Positions 1 to 12,010 are shown, counted from the first letter of the whole stretch. The stretch is 63,983 bases of DNA, filler included, from Octopus bimaculoides (GCF_001194135.2; 11 parts of 10 records of this genome joined end to end with filler, not necessarily neighbours in it); one strand, 5' to 3'. The notes: generated from the sequence alone by a model not told the origin. Numbers and translations are program-made.

Positions 1-57
<57 letters not shown>

Positions 58-82
58 TAGTGTGTGTGTGTGTGTGTGTGTG
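1..82. repeat. (AG)n-(TG)n microsatellite
   Basis: Direct inspection. Confidence 0.95.
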
Positions 83-567
83 AGTGATGGTGAGGTGTTG
101 GGATCTTTTTATTCAGGGAATACGAAGCATGTTCTCTGAAAAATGATTAGATTTCTGGCTAAATTGATTGATAACGAGCGAGCCAAACAGTACACATACA
201 CACACACAAACACATGCACTCATATTATATTATGTGTGTATGGCAAACATGCCTGGGTGAATGGCTGTGTGCAACTGGGGTGCAGCATGCCATTAATATA
301 CAGTATATTGCGTTGAACGGATAAACAACCAAACATGCCATAACGAAATCACGGCTAAATTTGTTAACCAATTTGTTGTTGAGCCGATCGTATTCGTTAG
401 CATCTCGGCCGCCTCCTGTAAATTATAAAATATAAGGTTTGTATGTATGCTGTTATTTAGTTTTATTTCTAGATTTCTCGTCAATGGAGAACGAAGCGGT
501 TTCTAACTTAGATGCAACGCTTCTCCTCTGGAATTTCTACATCATCTATAGGGCAGTTGTGCATTAA

Positions 568-799
568 GGTGGCGAGCTGGCAGAAACGTTAGCAGCCGGG
601 CGAAATGCTTCGCAGTATTTCGTCTGCTGTTACGTTCTGAGTTCAAATTCCGCCGAGGTCGACTTTGCCTTTCATCCTTTCGGGGTCGATAAATTAAGTA
701 CCAGTTACGCACTGGGGTCGATGTAATCGACTTAATCCCTTTGTCTGTCCTTGTTTGTCCCCTCTATGTTTAGCCCCTTGAGGGCAATAAAGAAATAAG
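568..799 (+). mobile_element. tRNA-derived SINE family A, full length, tail type 1
   Basis: A-box ggcgagctggcagaa, B-box gagttcaaattcc, body ctttcatcctttcggggtcgataaattaagtaccag, tail ...gggcaataaagaaataag. Confidence 0.9.
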
Positions 800-1049
800 T
801 TATGCATGTTTGCGTGTATATGTGTGTTTATATGTGTAAGTATCAAGCGTTAGTATATACGCACATCTGCATGTTTTGTTTTATGTGTGTGTTCTCATAC
901 ATAAGGTTGTATGTCTAGACTTGTGCATATGTATTTGTATGCTAAAACTTTGGAAGGTATTAGATATTTTTGCTGTTCCATTGATAGCGCGTAACAGTAG
1001 TTTTCTAATTTGCTTTCCGCTTCCCGGTTTTGAGAAGCCTAATACTCTT

Positions 1050-1249
1050 TTAGTTCTTTCAGTCATTTGACTGCGGCCATACTGGAGCACCGCCTTTAGT
1101 CGAGCAAATAGACCCCAGGACTTATTCTTTGTAAGCCTAGTACTTATTCTATGGGACTCTTTTTGCCGAACCGCTTTGTTACTGAGACGTAAACACACCA
1201 GCATCGGTTGTCAAGCGATGGAGGGAGGACAAACACAGACACACACACA

Positions 1250-1285
<36 letters not shown>
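1050..1285 (-). mobile_element. SINE B 3' half; internal microsatellite runs into a gap
   Basis: tcagtcatttgactgcggccatactggagcaccgcctttagtcgagc...ggacaaacacagac(AC)n. Confidence 0.9.
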
Positions 1286-2109
1286 NNNNNNNNNNNNNNN
1301 NNNNNNNNNNNNNNNNNNNNNNNNNNNNNNNNNNNNNNNNNNNNNNNNNNNNNNNNNNNNNNNNNNNNNNNNNNNNNNNNNNNNNNNNNNNNNNNNNNNN
1401 NNNNNNNNNNNNNNNNNNNNNNNNNNNNNNNNNNNNNNNNNNNNNNNNNNNNNNNNNNNNNNNNNNNNNNNNNNNNNNNNNNNNNNNNNNNNNNNNNNNN
1501 NNNNNNNNNNNNNNNNNNNNNNNNNNNNNNNNNNNNNNNNNNNNNNNNNNNNNNNNNNNNNNNNNNNNNNNNNNNNNNNNNNNNNNNNNNNNNNNNNNNN
1601 NNNNNNNNNNNNNNNNNNNNNNNNNNNNNNNNNNNNNNNNNNNNNNNNNNNNNNNNNNNNNNNNNNNNNNNNNNNNNNNNNNNNNNNNNNNNNNNNNNNN
1701 NNNNNNNNNNNNNNNNNNNNNNNNNNNNNNNNNNNNNNNNNNNNNNNNNNNNNNNNNNNNNNNNNNNNNNNNNNNNNNNNNNNNNNNNNNNNNNNNNNNN
1801 NNNNNNNNNNNNNNNNNNNNNNNNNNNNNNNNNNNNNNNNNNNNNNNNNNNNNNNNNNNNNNNNNNNNNNNNNNNNNNNNNNNNNNNNNNNNNNNNNNNN
1901 NNNNNNNNNNNNNNNNNNNNNNNNNNNNNNNNNNNNNNNNNNNNNNNNNNNNNNNNNNNNNNNNNNNNNNNNNNNNNNNNNNNNNNNNNNNNNNNNNNNN
2001 NNNNNNNNNNNNNNNNNNNNNNNNNNNNNNNNNNNNNNNNNNNNNNNNNNNNNNNNNNNNNNNNNNNNNNNNNNNNNNNNNNNNNNNNNNNNNNNNNNNN
2101 NNNNNNNNN

Positions 2110-2188
2110 AGAAGAAGAAGAAGAAGAAGAAGAAGAAGAAGAAGAAGAAGAAGAAGAAGAAGAAGAAGAAGAAGAAGAAGAAGAAGAG
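2110..2188. repeat. (GAA)n microsatellite
   Basis: Direct inspection. Confidence 0.95.
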
Positions 2189-3661
2189 TGGAAATATTGT
2201 AAATCCGACCTAAAAACGCTCCAGTGTCAAATAAGAGCGAGAGATCGATTATTTGCCAATAAGAATCGATTAACTTAGAACAGTGTCGTTAAGTGTATAA
2301 CCAAACAAAGTTGCACCAACTTGCGTTGAAGATGGTTTGTATGGAGAAGTTTAAATTTTGAGTCTTTATTACAGCCGACAACCAAATGAAATGATAGAAA
2401 GGAGATAGTATTGTGTTTATTGGAGAGAAAGCTACTTCGAAGAACTCTGAGGAGATTGGCTCACTACACAATTCTTCTTACATATTCGACTATTCCTTAA
2501 TAAAGAATCACTAGAAGAGATATGTTGACCAGACCATCCAATAAAAAGAACAGACAACATTCATCTAACGCTAACCGTTACTGACCGATACGTCAATACA
2601 TACACGCAAACATATACAGACAGAGGTGCGTGCATATACATCTATGTTTGTACTTAACACACATCTTCGACTCTGTATCTACCAATTTAATTATCACACT
2701 TTTAATAAAACACTATTACATTAAATTGGTTTTCCTTTACAACGGAATCGGTTTAAATAACGGAGAGACAGCAGAGTGGCAGTGAAGCATTCGTTTGTGG
2801 ATGTAGTGATAGTGGTGGTAGTGGTAGAGCTTGTGGTGGTGGTGGTGGTGGTGGTAGTAGTCGAATGTACCTCCTGCCCCAACATCACCCCGCCTGGCAC
2901 CACTCCGCTACCTTTTAGCTCTAAATTCATCTGTGGACTTCCAGGTAGCACGATTTGATCACCTTTAAATGTAACCAACCAGAAATGGCCGAGAAAAGAT
3001 AACATCGAAAAATTTTAATTAATGGTGAAAGCAATTAACGATTATAGACACACATGTCTATATATATGTGTATACACACACACATATACATATATATTTA
3101 TATATATACATATACATATATTCATAAATATAAACACACTCACATATANNNNNNNNNNNNNNNNNNNNNNNNNNNNNNNNNNNNNNNNNNNNNNNNNNNN
3201 NNNNNNNNNNNNNNNNNNNNNNNNNNNNNNNNNNNNNNNNNNNNNNNNNNNNNNNNNNNNNNNNNNNNNNNNNNNNNNNNNNNNNNNNNNNNNNNNNNNN
3301 NNNNNNNNNNNNNNNNNNNNNNNNNNNNNNNNNNNNNNNNNNNNNNNNNNNNNNNNNNNNNNNNNNNNNNNNNNNNNNNNNNNNNNNNNNNNNNNNNNNN
3401 NNNNNNNNNNNNNNNNNNNNNNNNNNNNNNNNNNNNNNNNNNNNNNNNNNNNNNNNNNNNNNNNNNNNNNNNNNNNNNNNNNNNNNNNNNNNNNNNNNNN
3501 NNNNNNNNNNNNNNNNNNNNNNNNNNNNNNNNNNNNNNNNNNNNNNNNNNNNNNNNNNNNNNNNNNNNNNNNNNNNNNNNNNNNNNNNNNNNNNNNNNNN
3601 NNNNNNNNNNNNNNNNNNNNNNNNNNNNNNNNNNNNNNNNNNNNNNNNNNNNNNNNNNNNN

Positions 3662-3697
<36 letters not shown>

Positions 3698-4639
3698 CAG
3701 ACAGACAGACAGACACACATATTTAGTATGTATATAAAGTCCTGCACGCAGAATTATCTACTTGACCGCTTTAGTGTGTCCAATCGTTCGCTATCGCAAT
3801 CAGCCGTCCAGAAAGGAATCTCTGCTGCCAACCCAGCTCTTCCATTAGAATACCGTATGAACGGCAATGAAGTATTTGATGCAGATTTTAGCAGACGATG
3901 ATGGTGGTACAGACGTGTGTATGTATGCATGTATGTATGTATGTATGTATGTATGTATGTATGTATGTATGAGTATGTATGTATGTATGTATGTTTGTAT
4001 GCATGCATGTATGCATATGTATGTATGTATATGTGTGTATGTGTGTATGTGTGTATGTGTGTGTGTGTATGTTTAAGAGAGATAGTGTGCGCGGCAGTGT
4101 CTGTGAGAATATATGCGTAAGAGAATGAGAATTGTCGATTGTGAATGCATGATTATATGTTGTTCAGCTTTAGGTCATTCTTAATCAAACATACTTATGA
4201 TCAAAGGCTTGCCAGCCGTGGCGTCCTGTTTGTTTTATGTGTATATAGAAGTTCATTGTCATTATCTAAATATACGAATTTCCTTATTGAAGAAAGAATT
4301 GAATATTTCGTTTTGCCAGCTTCGAAGTAACCTTTGCATCAAAGACCTGATCTACCAATTCCAGTTTATGTGGATCATTTCAGTTTCTCCCCGAGAAGTT
4401 TTGAACATAAAAAGAAAAGGAGCACTGTACGAAAATACGATTTTAAAAGGAAACATCTTAACTCCGAACTTCAATGTTTTACATAAATTAAACTTAATGA
4501 TTTAATGGGAGAATTCGGTGTATTCTTTTTGGCTTTAATCCTTGCACCAGTCAATCAATGCCACTAAACTCTGAGAACATATTCGAGATGAGGTAATTTG
4601 AGAACGGGGTGGAGTGAACGATCCGATCACAGACTACCG

Positions 4640-4826
4640 GAAATACAACTGGTGTTCGTGTGTTCAGGCCCCAGTGAAGTAGTGGTTCGACAAAAGAGAC
4701 AGATAGAATAAGTGCCAAGCTTAAAAAAAGGTACAGTGGTTGATTAGTCCGACTAAAATTCTTTTAGGCGGTGCCCCAGCATGGGCTATGACTGAAACAA
4801 GTAAAAAAATAAATTATAAAAGATAT
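4640..4826 (+). mobile_element. SINE B 3' half, diverged
   Basis: gatagaataagtgccaagctt...ggcggtgccccagcatgg..tgactgaaacaagtaaaa. Confidence 0.75.
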
Positions 4827-5050
4827 AAACAGGAGCTCATCAAGAAGTACAGTTGAGATTCTTGACAAAATCATCAATTGTTTGCAGGCCTCTACAAACC
4901 AAGGTTCCTACAGGTTGTCAAGTAAAAAAGCAGAACAAACTGTTTTTGTAGGATCGCACGTCACAAAAACACCCCCCACCAAAAAAAAAAAAAAAAAATT
5001 ACCAGTTGAACAGTGAGGTCGACGTTATCGACTTAATCTTATTAACCTTA

Positions 5051-5139
<89 letters not shown>
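5051..5139. repeat. (TTA)n microsatellite
   Basis: Direct inspection. Confidence 0.95.
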
Positions 5140-6320
5140 GCTGTTGTTGTTCTTCCTCTTCATCAATTATTATTCACCACTTAATAAAAAATATAAAAAA
5201 TTTATGGTAAATGTTATTGATCAAATTTTAAATTATTTAAAATTATTTTGCTAAAAAAATTGAACGAGATGCAAGATCGATATTTGCATTTACATTTTTG
5301 AATTCAATATGCCGAAGTTTAATAACAAATCATTTATTTTCTCTTAAAACATCTGACAAATTACTTCAATATGCTGCAAATTGATTTATATAAATTATAA
5401 ACAATAAAATCATATAAATTATACTAAAATTTACGAAATTGACATAGATATAAAATAAAATTATATATAATTATGAAATTATATATAATATATAATTTTT
5501 GCATAAATTAATAAATTATATGTAAATTATACAGTTATGAATTTATTTATGAATTACACATGTTACATAATTATATAATTTTATATATATTATAGTACGT
5601 TATAAATTATATACAGTAGAAAATCTTTTATTCAATATTTCTGGGACCGAAAGAGTTGCAGATATGGGTGTATTTCTATACTTGCGTCTATAAAATAGCA
5701 CAACTTGTGGATGGGACCCTAGTCTAAACAGAATATCCATCTAAATTACGTAACAACAATAACAATAACAGCGTATGAACTTCAATAACAGTACTGACAG
5801 CAACAATAATAACAATAATAACAATAATAACAATAATGATAACGCATAAACAATAGCATCAAGTACTATAAGAAAAAGGATATCAACAGTAAACAAGGGC
5901 AACACGAAAAGGAATTACTTAACATCAGATTTCAGCAACAAATGCTACAGCAAAAACAATCAATAAGAATGGGCTACAGAAATATATCGAAATTACAGAC
6001 GTATTAACAACAACAACAACAACAACAACGACGACGACGATAACAATAGCAAATAGACTACCAGCGTGATTTGGGACTTCGCATCAAAATCCAATGATAA
6101 AGTGTATGGTTATTAATACTGATGATACAATATGAAAGATGTAGGGATAATAAGTGTTATAGATCCACAATCATACGTGTGAGTGTGCGCCGCGTGTGAA
6201 AGTGCGTTTATATATATATACATACATGTGTATATGCACACACACATATATAAATTTATACATATATACATATATANNNNNNNNNNNNNNNNNNNNNNNN
6301 NNNNNNNNNNNNNNNNNNNN

Positions 6321-6332
6321 TTAATTAATTAA
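6321..6332. other. Assembly gap spacer TTAATTAATTAA (also at 11623, 14433, 20056, 36937, 42621, 45764, 49590, 52795, 55845)
   Basis: Always centred in 44N+12+44N = 100-bp gaps; carries stop codons in all six frames. Confidence 0.95.
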
Positions 6333-6376
6333 NNNNNNNNNNNNNNNNNNNNNNNNNNNNNNNNNNNNNNNNNNNN

Positions 6377-6410
<34 letters not shown>

Positions 6411-6556
6411 GTGTATTAACCGAGAGATCAATGGTTCTAGTCATGCCACTGACAGGCTGCTATGTGAACGACTTCCTTTGTACCAATCATTACGAAGACT
6501 TGTTGCTGTTGTTCCGGTTAGCTCCGATTAGGCACAGGTATGGCTTGGCTATAGAG

Positions 6557-6926
6557 CAGTGCTTCTCAACCTTTTTACTCTTGCATAACCGCATAACCCT
6601 TAAAATAAATTACATGACTCAAGGAACCCCTGCACAAAAAAAAAATTATATACCATATGTTTCTCATATTTTTTCATTGTAGTTCACGTGGTAAATATCA
6701 TATATATTAATATCCCTAAGGGTTGTTATATTTTTATGATGACATAATAGGTTAAATAGGAGGATGTCTGTATTACAATATTTACAATAACCAACAATAT
6801 GTTATGCATACATAGTAATATTACGATCATGAAATTAGCATTAGCTTATCTCACTCTTTCTCGAGGAACCCCTAGGAACCTTTGTAGAACCCTGAGGTTC
6901 CGGGGAACCCTGGTTGAGAAACGCTG
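6557..6926. mobile_element. hAT-type MITE, complete, with 8-bp TSD
   Basis: TIRs CAGTGCTTCTCAACC / GGTTGAGAAACGCTG; identical TSD CTATAGAG at 6549-6556 and 6927-6934. Confidence 0.9.
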
Positions 6927-6934
6927 CTATAGAG

Positions 6935-7212
6935 TCAAAAAGCTCACTTTGCAACCACATGCTTTCAGGTTCAGTCGGCCCGAAGCTGTAGTAGACGACA
7001 TTTGTCCAAGGTGCCACGCAGGGGGACTGAACCCGGAACCACGTTGTTGGGAAGCAAGCTTCTTACCACACAGCCTCTCCTGCGCGCGTGCCAAATTAAA
7101 AAAAAAAAAACAAACTTAAGTGCTGGGATCGATTTATTCTACTAAAACCCTTCAAGGTAGTGCTCCAGCATGGCTGAATTCCAAATGACTGAAAAAGATT
7201 AAAGATAAAAGT
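6935..7212. mobile_element. SINE B head (-, 6935-7085) and SINE B tail (+, about 7115-7212)
   Basis: ccaaggtgccacgcagggggactgaacccggaacc... and tgctccagcatggctg...tgactgaaa. Confidence 0.7.
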
Positions 7213-8031
7213 TTTTTAAAAAAAACATGGCGAAATTATCACAGCTTGAACGTCTTTGAACATAGTTCTGTTTGATCAAACCTGACCTGGAGATAGACAA
7301 TATGACTAACTACACTTCATATATTTTAATTACGATTGGATAGATAGTTAAGCTCGGACGCTTTTTTNNNNNNNNNNNNNNNNNNNNNNNNNNNNNNNNN
7401 NNNNNNNNNNNNNNNNNNNNNNNNNNNNNNNNNNNNNNNNNNNNNNNNNNNNNNNNNNNNNNNNNNNNNNNNNNNNNNNNNNNNNNNNNNNNNNNNNNNN
7501 NNNNNNNNNNNNNNNNNNNNNNNNNNNNNNNNNNNNNNNNNNNNNNNNNNNNNNNNNNNNNNNNNNNNNNNNNNNNNNNNNNNNNNNNNNNNNNNNNNNN
7601 NNNNNNNNNNNNNNNNNNNNNNNNNNNNNNNNNNNNNNNNNNNNNNNNNNNNNNNNNNNNNNNNNNNNNNNNNNNNNNNNNNNNNNNNNNNNNNNNNNNN
7701 NNNNNNNNNNNNNNNNNNNNNNNNNNNNNNNNNNNNNNNNNNNNNNNNNNNNNNNNNNNNNNNNNNNNNNNNNNNNNNNNNNNNNNNNNNNNNNNNNNNN
7801 NNNNNNNNNNNNNNNNNNNNNNNNNNNNNNNNNNNNNNNNNNNNNNNNNNNNNNNNNNNNNNNNNNNNNNNNNNNNNNNNNNNNNNNNNNNNNNNNNNNN
7901 NNNNNNNNNNNNNNNNNNNNNNNNNNNNNNNNNNNNNNNNNNNNNNNNNNNNNNNNNNNNNNNNNNNNNNNNNNNNNNNNNNNNNNNNNNNNNNNNNNNN
8001 NNNNNNNNNNNNNNNNNNNNNNNNNNNNNNN

Positions 8032-8178
8032 CGTCTGCCGTTACGTTCTGAGTTCAAATTCCGCCGAGGTTGACTTTGCCTCTCATCCTGTCGGGGTCGA
8101 TAAATTAATCACCAGTTGAGTACTGGGGTCGATGTAATCGACTTAATCCCTTTGTCTATCACTCTATGTTTAGTCCCC
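8032..8178 (+). mobile_element. SINE A partial; exact inverted copy of 8482-8628
   Basis: 147/147 identity to the reverse complement of 8482-8628. Confidence 0.9.
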
Positions 8179-8210
8179 GCTAAGCCTATTGCCCGGCTTG
8201 CTAACGATTC

Positions 8211-8447
8211 TTATTTCTTTATTGCCCACAAGGAGCTAAACATAGAGGGAACAAACAAGGACAGACAAAGGGATTAAGTCGATTACATCGACCCCCCAGT
8301 GCGTAACTAGTACTTAATTTATCGACCCCGAAAGGATGAAAGGCAAAGTCAACCTCGGCGGAATTTGAACTCAGAAAGTAACAGCAGACGAAATACCGCT
8401 AAGCATTTCGCCTGGCGTGCTAACGACTCAGCCTGCTCGCTGCCTTC
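8211..8447 (-). mobile_element. SINE A, full length, tail type 1
   Basis: Reverse complement of the 568-799 consensus. Confidence 0.9.
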
Positions 8448-8460
8448 GAAAGAGAAAATA

Positions 8461-8685
8461 TTTATTTCTTTATTGCCCACAGGGGACTAAACATAGAGTG
8501 ATAGACAAAGGGATTAAGTCGATTACATCGACCCCAGTACTCAACTGGTGATTAATTTATCGACCCCGACAGGATGAGAGGCAAAGTCAACCTCGGCGGA
8601 ATTTGAACTCAGAACGTAACGGCAGACGAAATACCGCTAAGCACTTCGCCCGGCGTGCTAACGTTTCTGCCAGCTCGCCGCCTTC
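8461..8685 (-). mobile_element. SINE A, full length, tail type 1 with small deletion
   Basis: Reverse complement of the consensus, tandem to 8211-8447. Confidence 0.9.
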
Positions 8686-8774
8686 TGAGTTCCAAATAAT
8701 GGCAATGCTGAAACGTACGTAGGAATTAAATATTTGTACTAGTATTTATCTCAATTGTCCACTCTGTGTGTGTG

Positions 8775-8806
<32 letters not shown>

Positions 8807-8869
8807 ATGGACTCTCGTTGTATTCGACGCATGAGAACCAAAGAAGTTTACTTCATTTTTACTCCACAT

Positions 8870-9065
8870 TTTAATGATTGTGTCATCTGTGAGACACCAG
8901 ACCTGCTTTGTTTTTGCAAACCAGACCGCATCCGTCACACGGTCTTTTGACCTTGCTTTCGACCACCGAGGTGCTCCATCCTTTTGTTGACATGATTCTT
9001 GATACCATTTTGACAGCGTTTCCTCAATCTGTTATGACCAGCAGCACATTCCTCAAATTCTGTTG
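8870..9065 (-). mobile_element. RTE-clade LINE C-terminal zinc-finger fragment
   Basis: GWSTSVVESKVKRPCDGCGLVCKNKAGLVSHR* matches the RTE terminal CxxC..C..K.GL.SH.R motif. Confidence 0.55.
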
Positions 9066-9088
9066 CTTTTATTCCACTATGCTTGTTA

Positions 9089-9303
9089 TTAATTTCAAAT
9101 TTTGGCACAAAGTTAGTGATTTCGGGGACGAGGTAAGTCGATTACATCGACCCCAGTGCTCAGCTGACACTTATTTTATCGACCCCGAAAAGATGAAAGG
9201 CAAAGTCGACCTCGGTGGAATTTGAACTCGGAACGTAAAAACAGACGAAATGCCAACTAAGCATTTTGCCCGATGTGCTAACAATTCTGCCAACTCGCCA
9301 CCT
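9089..9303 (-). mobile_element. SINE A, tail type 2
   Basis: Same head and body; tail ...tttgtgccaaaatttgaaa. Confidence 0.85.
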
Positions 9304-9304
9304 C

Positions 9305-9584
9305 AGTATGTTCTTGCAACATCAAGAACGAGTTGGTTGTCAAGATCATGGTGTTCGGGTATCCTCCGAGCGAATCACTGAGAAACCCATGCGCCTGGTT
9401 CCAGAGCCGTCTTGAGGCCGTGATTGAAGTCGAGGGCAGGTACTTTTTGAGCAAACTGTTATTTCCTACCCATAATCTAACTGATATGTTAAAAAAAATT
9501 TTTAAATACATCTATTTTTGAATGGGATATTATGTTTTCATTTCCATTTGAGCAAACTCTCAAATTTAACTCGAACACCTGGTA
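9305..9584 (+). mobile_element. Tc1/mariner 3' end fragment
   Basis: CAWFQSRLEAVIEVEGRYF resembles the transposase terminus (C..FRSR.EAVIEA.G..E); ends in a TIR-like tttaactcgaacacctgg-TA. Confidence 0.55.
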
Positions 9585-10909
9585 TGTATTCTACAAACAC
9601 CAGTCAATGTCTTAGAGTGAGATTCAGTGAAGAATGTTAGAATGGATTGAATGATGTATGAAAAAAAAAAAAAAAAAGAGAGAGAGAAAATTGCTGAACG
9701 AATTGAAATCTTTCTCTTTGAAAAATTAAATGAAAAACCTATCAACATTCTACAGTGACGAAAGAGATCGAAGGAAAGGGGAATAATTTCAATAAATTAT
9801 GAATTAATTTTAAGAATTAAATTCTCTAATACTCTCTCTCTCTCTCTCTCNNNNNNNNNNNNNNNNNNNNNNNNNNNNNNNNNNNNNNNNNNNNNNNNNN
9901 NNNNNNNNNNNNNNNNNNNNNNNNNNNNNNNNNNNNNNNNNNNNNNNNNNNNNNNNNNNNNNNNNNNNNNNNNNNNNNNNNNNNNNNNNNNNNNNNNNNN
10001 NNNNNNNNNNNNNNNNNNNNNNNNNNNNNNNNNNNNNNNNNNNNNNNNNNNNNNNNNNNNNNNNNNNNNNNNNNNNNNNNNNNNNNNNNNNNNNNNNNNN
10101 NNNNNNNNNNNNNNNNNNNNNATATATATATATATATATATATATACGTATTTGTGTATGTTTGTATGTATATATGTATATGCACATATGTATGTATGTA
10201 CGATTGAGAGTCTGTGTGTGTGTCTGCATGCGTATTTAAACGTAAACACACACAGTTGAACAGATGCACAAAATCATGTATATATATACATACATATATA
10301 TATATATATATTATTTTGCTTAAAAGAGTTCCAACACTGTCTGTTTTTTATGTTTTATTTATATTCCTGCAGAACTAATGTGGGGTATAGAATATGGAAT
10401 ATACAATATATAATATAATATACAATATATGAACTGTTTGTATACACACACACATAAACAGCAGCGAAGCACACACACTTGTGTGCTAAAATGATATGCA
10501 CACCCACTGAGTTCACTATATGCACACATGCACAAACGCACATATATATACACACACACACACATACACATATGTTCACACACATGTACATATACTCTTA
10601 TATGCATCCACGAAATCGATTCAAATAACCACGAAATCCCCAAGAGCCGTCTTGACTTAAAAAGAAAGAACTTTGCTACTTCGTTATTGACCGGTTTGAA
10701 TTCTGTAAAGGAATGACAAAGAAAAAATTGATAAAATCCCTCTCAAAAACAAAACAAAACAAAAAACACATACAAAAAGACATAAAGATTTTAGTACATT
10801 TTGGACAAGCGTAATTTGCATAATTAAAACTAAATGAAGCAAGAGGAAATAATTTAAAGGGCTGAGTATCATGAATTGATAATTAGGTTAAAGTGACTGT
10901 ACTTAATTA

Positions 10910-10944
<35 letters not shown>

Positions 10945-11182
10945 TATCATCTTTGACATTATAGTCGCGAGTCCTAAGGTTACCCAATTTCTATAACGTA
11001 TAAGAGGAACGAGATTGCAACAGCCCTCTCGAACGGGACGCCAGTATGCCGCAGGGTTACTCATTTACAGGTGAGTGGGCTGAGGCAAGATGAGATGAAG
11101 TCTTTCGCTCAAGACAACAACGCATCGCCCGGTCCGGGATTAAAACCCACGATTGTCACGATCGTGATTGCAACACATTAAA
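10945..11182 (-). mobile_element. Third tRNA/CORE-type SINE
   Basis: Minus strand gggttttaatcccggaccgggc..gttgtcttgagcgaaagacttcatc..cactcacctgtaaatgagtaaccctgcgg..ctggcgtcccgttc, then a (GAT)n tail. Confidence 0.65.
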
Positions 11183-11678
11183 CGGTTAGAAACGCGTTTT
11201 CACCGAATTTAGTTCGCAATAAAGTCTTAATTTATATTTCTTTCTAAGATAAAGAAAGAGATCACGCTGTAGCGGTATAGTTAGCAACTCTGAAAGAGAA
11301 AACATCTACTCACAGCTAAATTGGTACCTAAAGCAATTTACGAAATTATAATATATGCCACCATGTCATACCTACATGAGATTGATGGCGGTAGTTCATA
11401 CACATACACACACAAATTACCTGCCTCTGGATATCTTCTAACAAAGACGGTACCCACACAAGTAATCTCCAGGAGTGCCATCGGATTTAATTATCCCTTA
11501 GTTGCTTAAACACTTCTAGCCTATCGCTTGAATGTTTAAACAATCCTAGCTTATACCTATATATATATATATATATATNNNNNNNNNNNNNNNNNNNNNN
11601 NNNNNNNNNNNNNNNNNNNNNNTTAATTAATTAANNNNNNNNNNNNNNNNNNNNNNNNNNNNNNNNNNNNNNNNNNNN

Positions 11679-11908
11679 AGGTCTGTAGATATTCTATCAA
11701 TCCAAGGGGCCTTTTCATTGTGTGTTTTATCTTCTTCCCATATTTTATTCCAAAATTCTTGCACTTCTTTTGATGGGACAGACTTTATTGTTACTGGTGT
11801 TTTCCCTATCTTCCTGTAGAAATTTTTGGGGTTATTTTTGAACATGTTATTATCTCGGAAGAATCTAACACGCTTTTCATACCTTGCTATACGGGCAGCT
11901 TTAGCACA
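11679..11908 (-). mobile_element. R4/Dong-like non-LTR retrotransposon fragment (region N-terminal to RT)
   Basis: KAARIARYEKRVRFFRDNNMFKNNPKNFYRKIGK...KEVQEFWNKIWEEDKTHNEKAPWI; runs into a gap; abuts (TAA)n on the element strand. Confidence 0.7.
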
Positions 11909-11912
11909 TACC

Positions 11913-11913
<1 letters not shown>

Positions 11914-11987
<74 letters not shown>

Positions 11988-12010
11988 CATCATCATTATT
12001 ATTATTATTA
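11914..12010. repeat. (TTA)n microsatellite
   Basis: Direct inspection. Confidence 0.95.

Noticed and set aside
1176-2278. Long ORFs spanning N runs, and all YI/HT/CV/poly-residue ORFs
   Set aside because: Produced by gaps and microsatellites; no coding signal.
3740-3900. GC-balanced unique stretch open for about 53 codons
   Set aside because: No good splice sites and no recognisable motif on either strand.
6118-6150. CTGATGA...GAAAG
   Set aside because: No helix I or II pairing; chance match.
6321-6332. Recurrent TTAATTAATTAA motif (10 occurrences)
   Set aside because: Always centred in identical 44N/44N gaps; an artificial six-frame-stop spacer, not genomic sequence.
8032-8685. CRISPR-like regular repeats
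   Set aside because: These are full SINE copies without unique spacers in eukaryotic DNA; no CRISPR array anywhere in the window.
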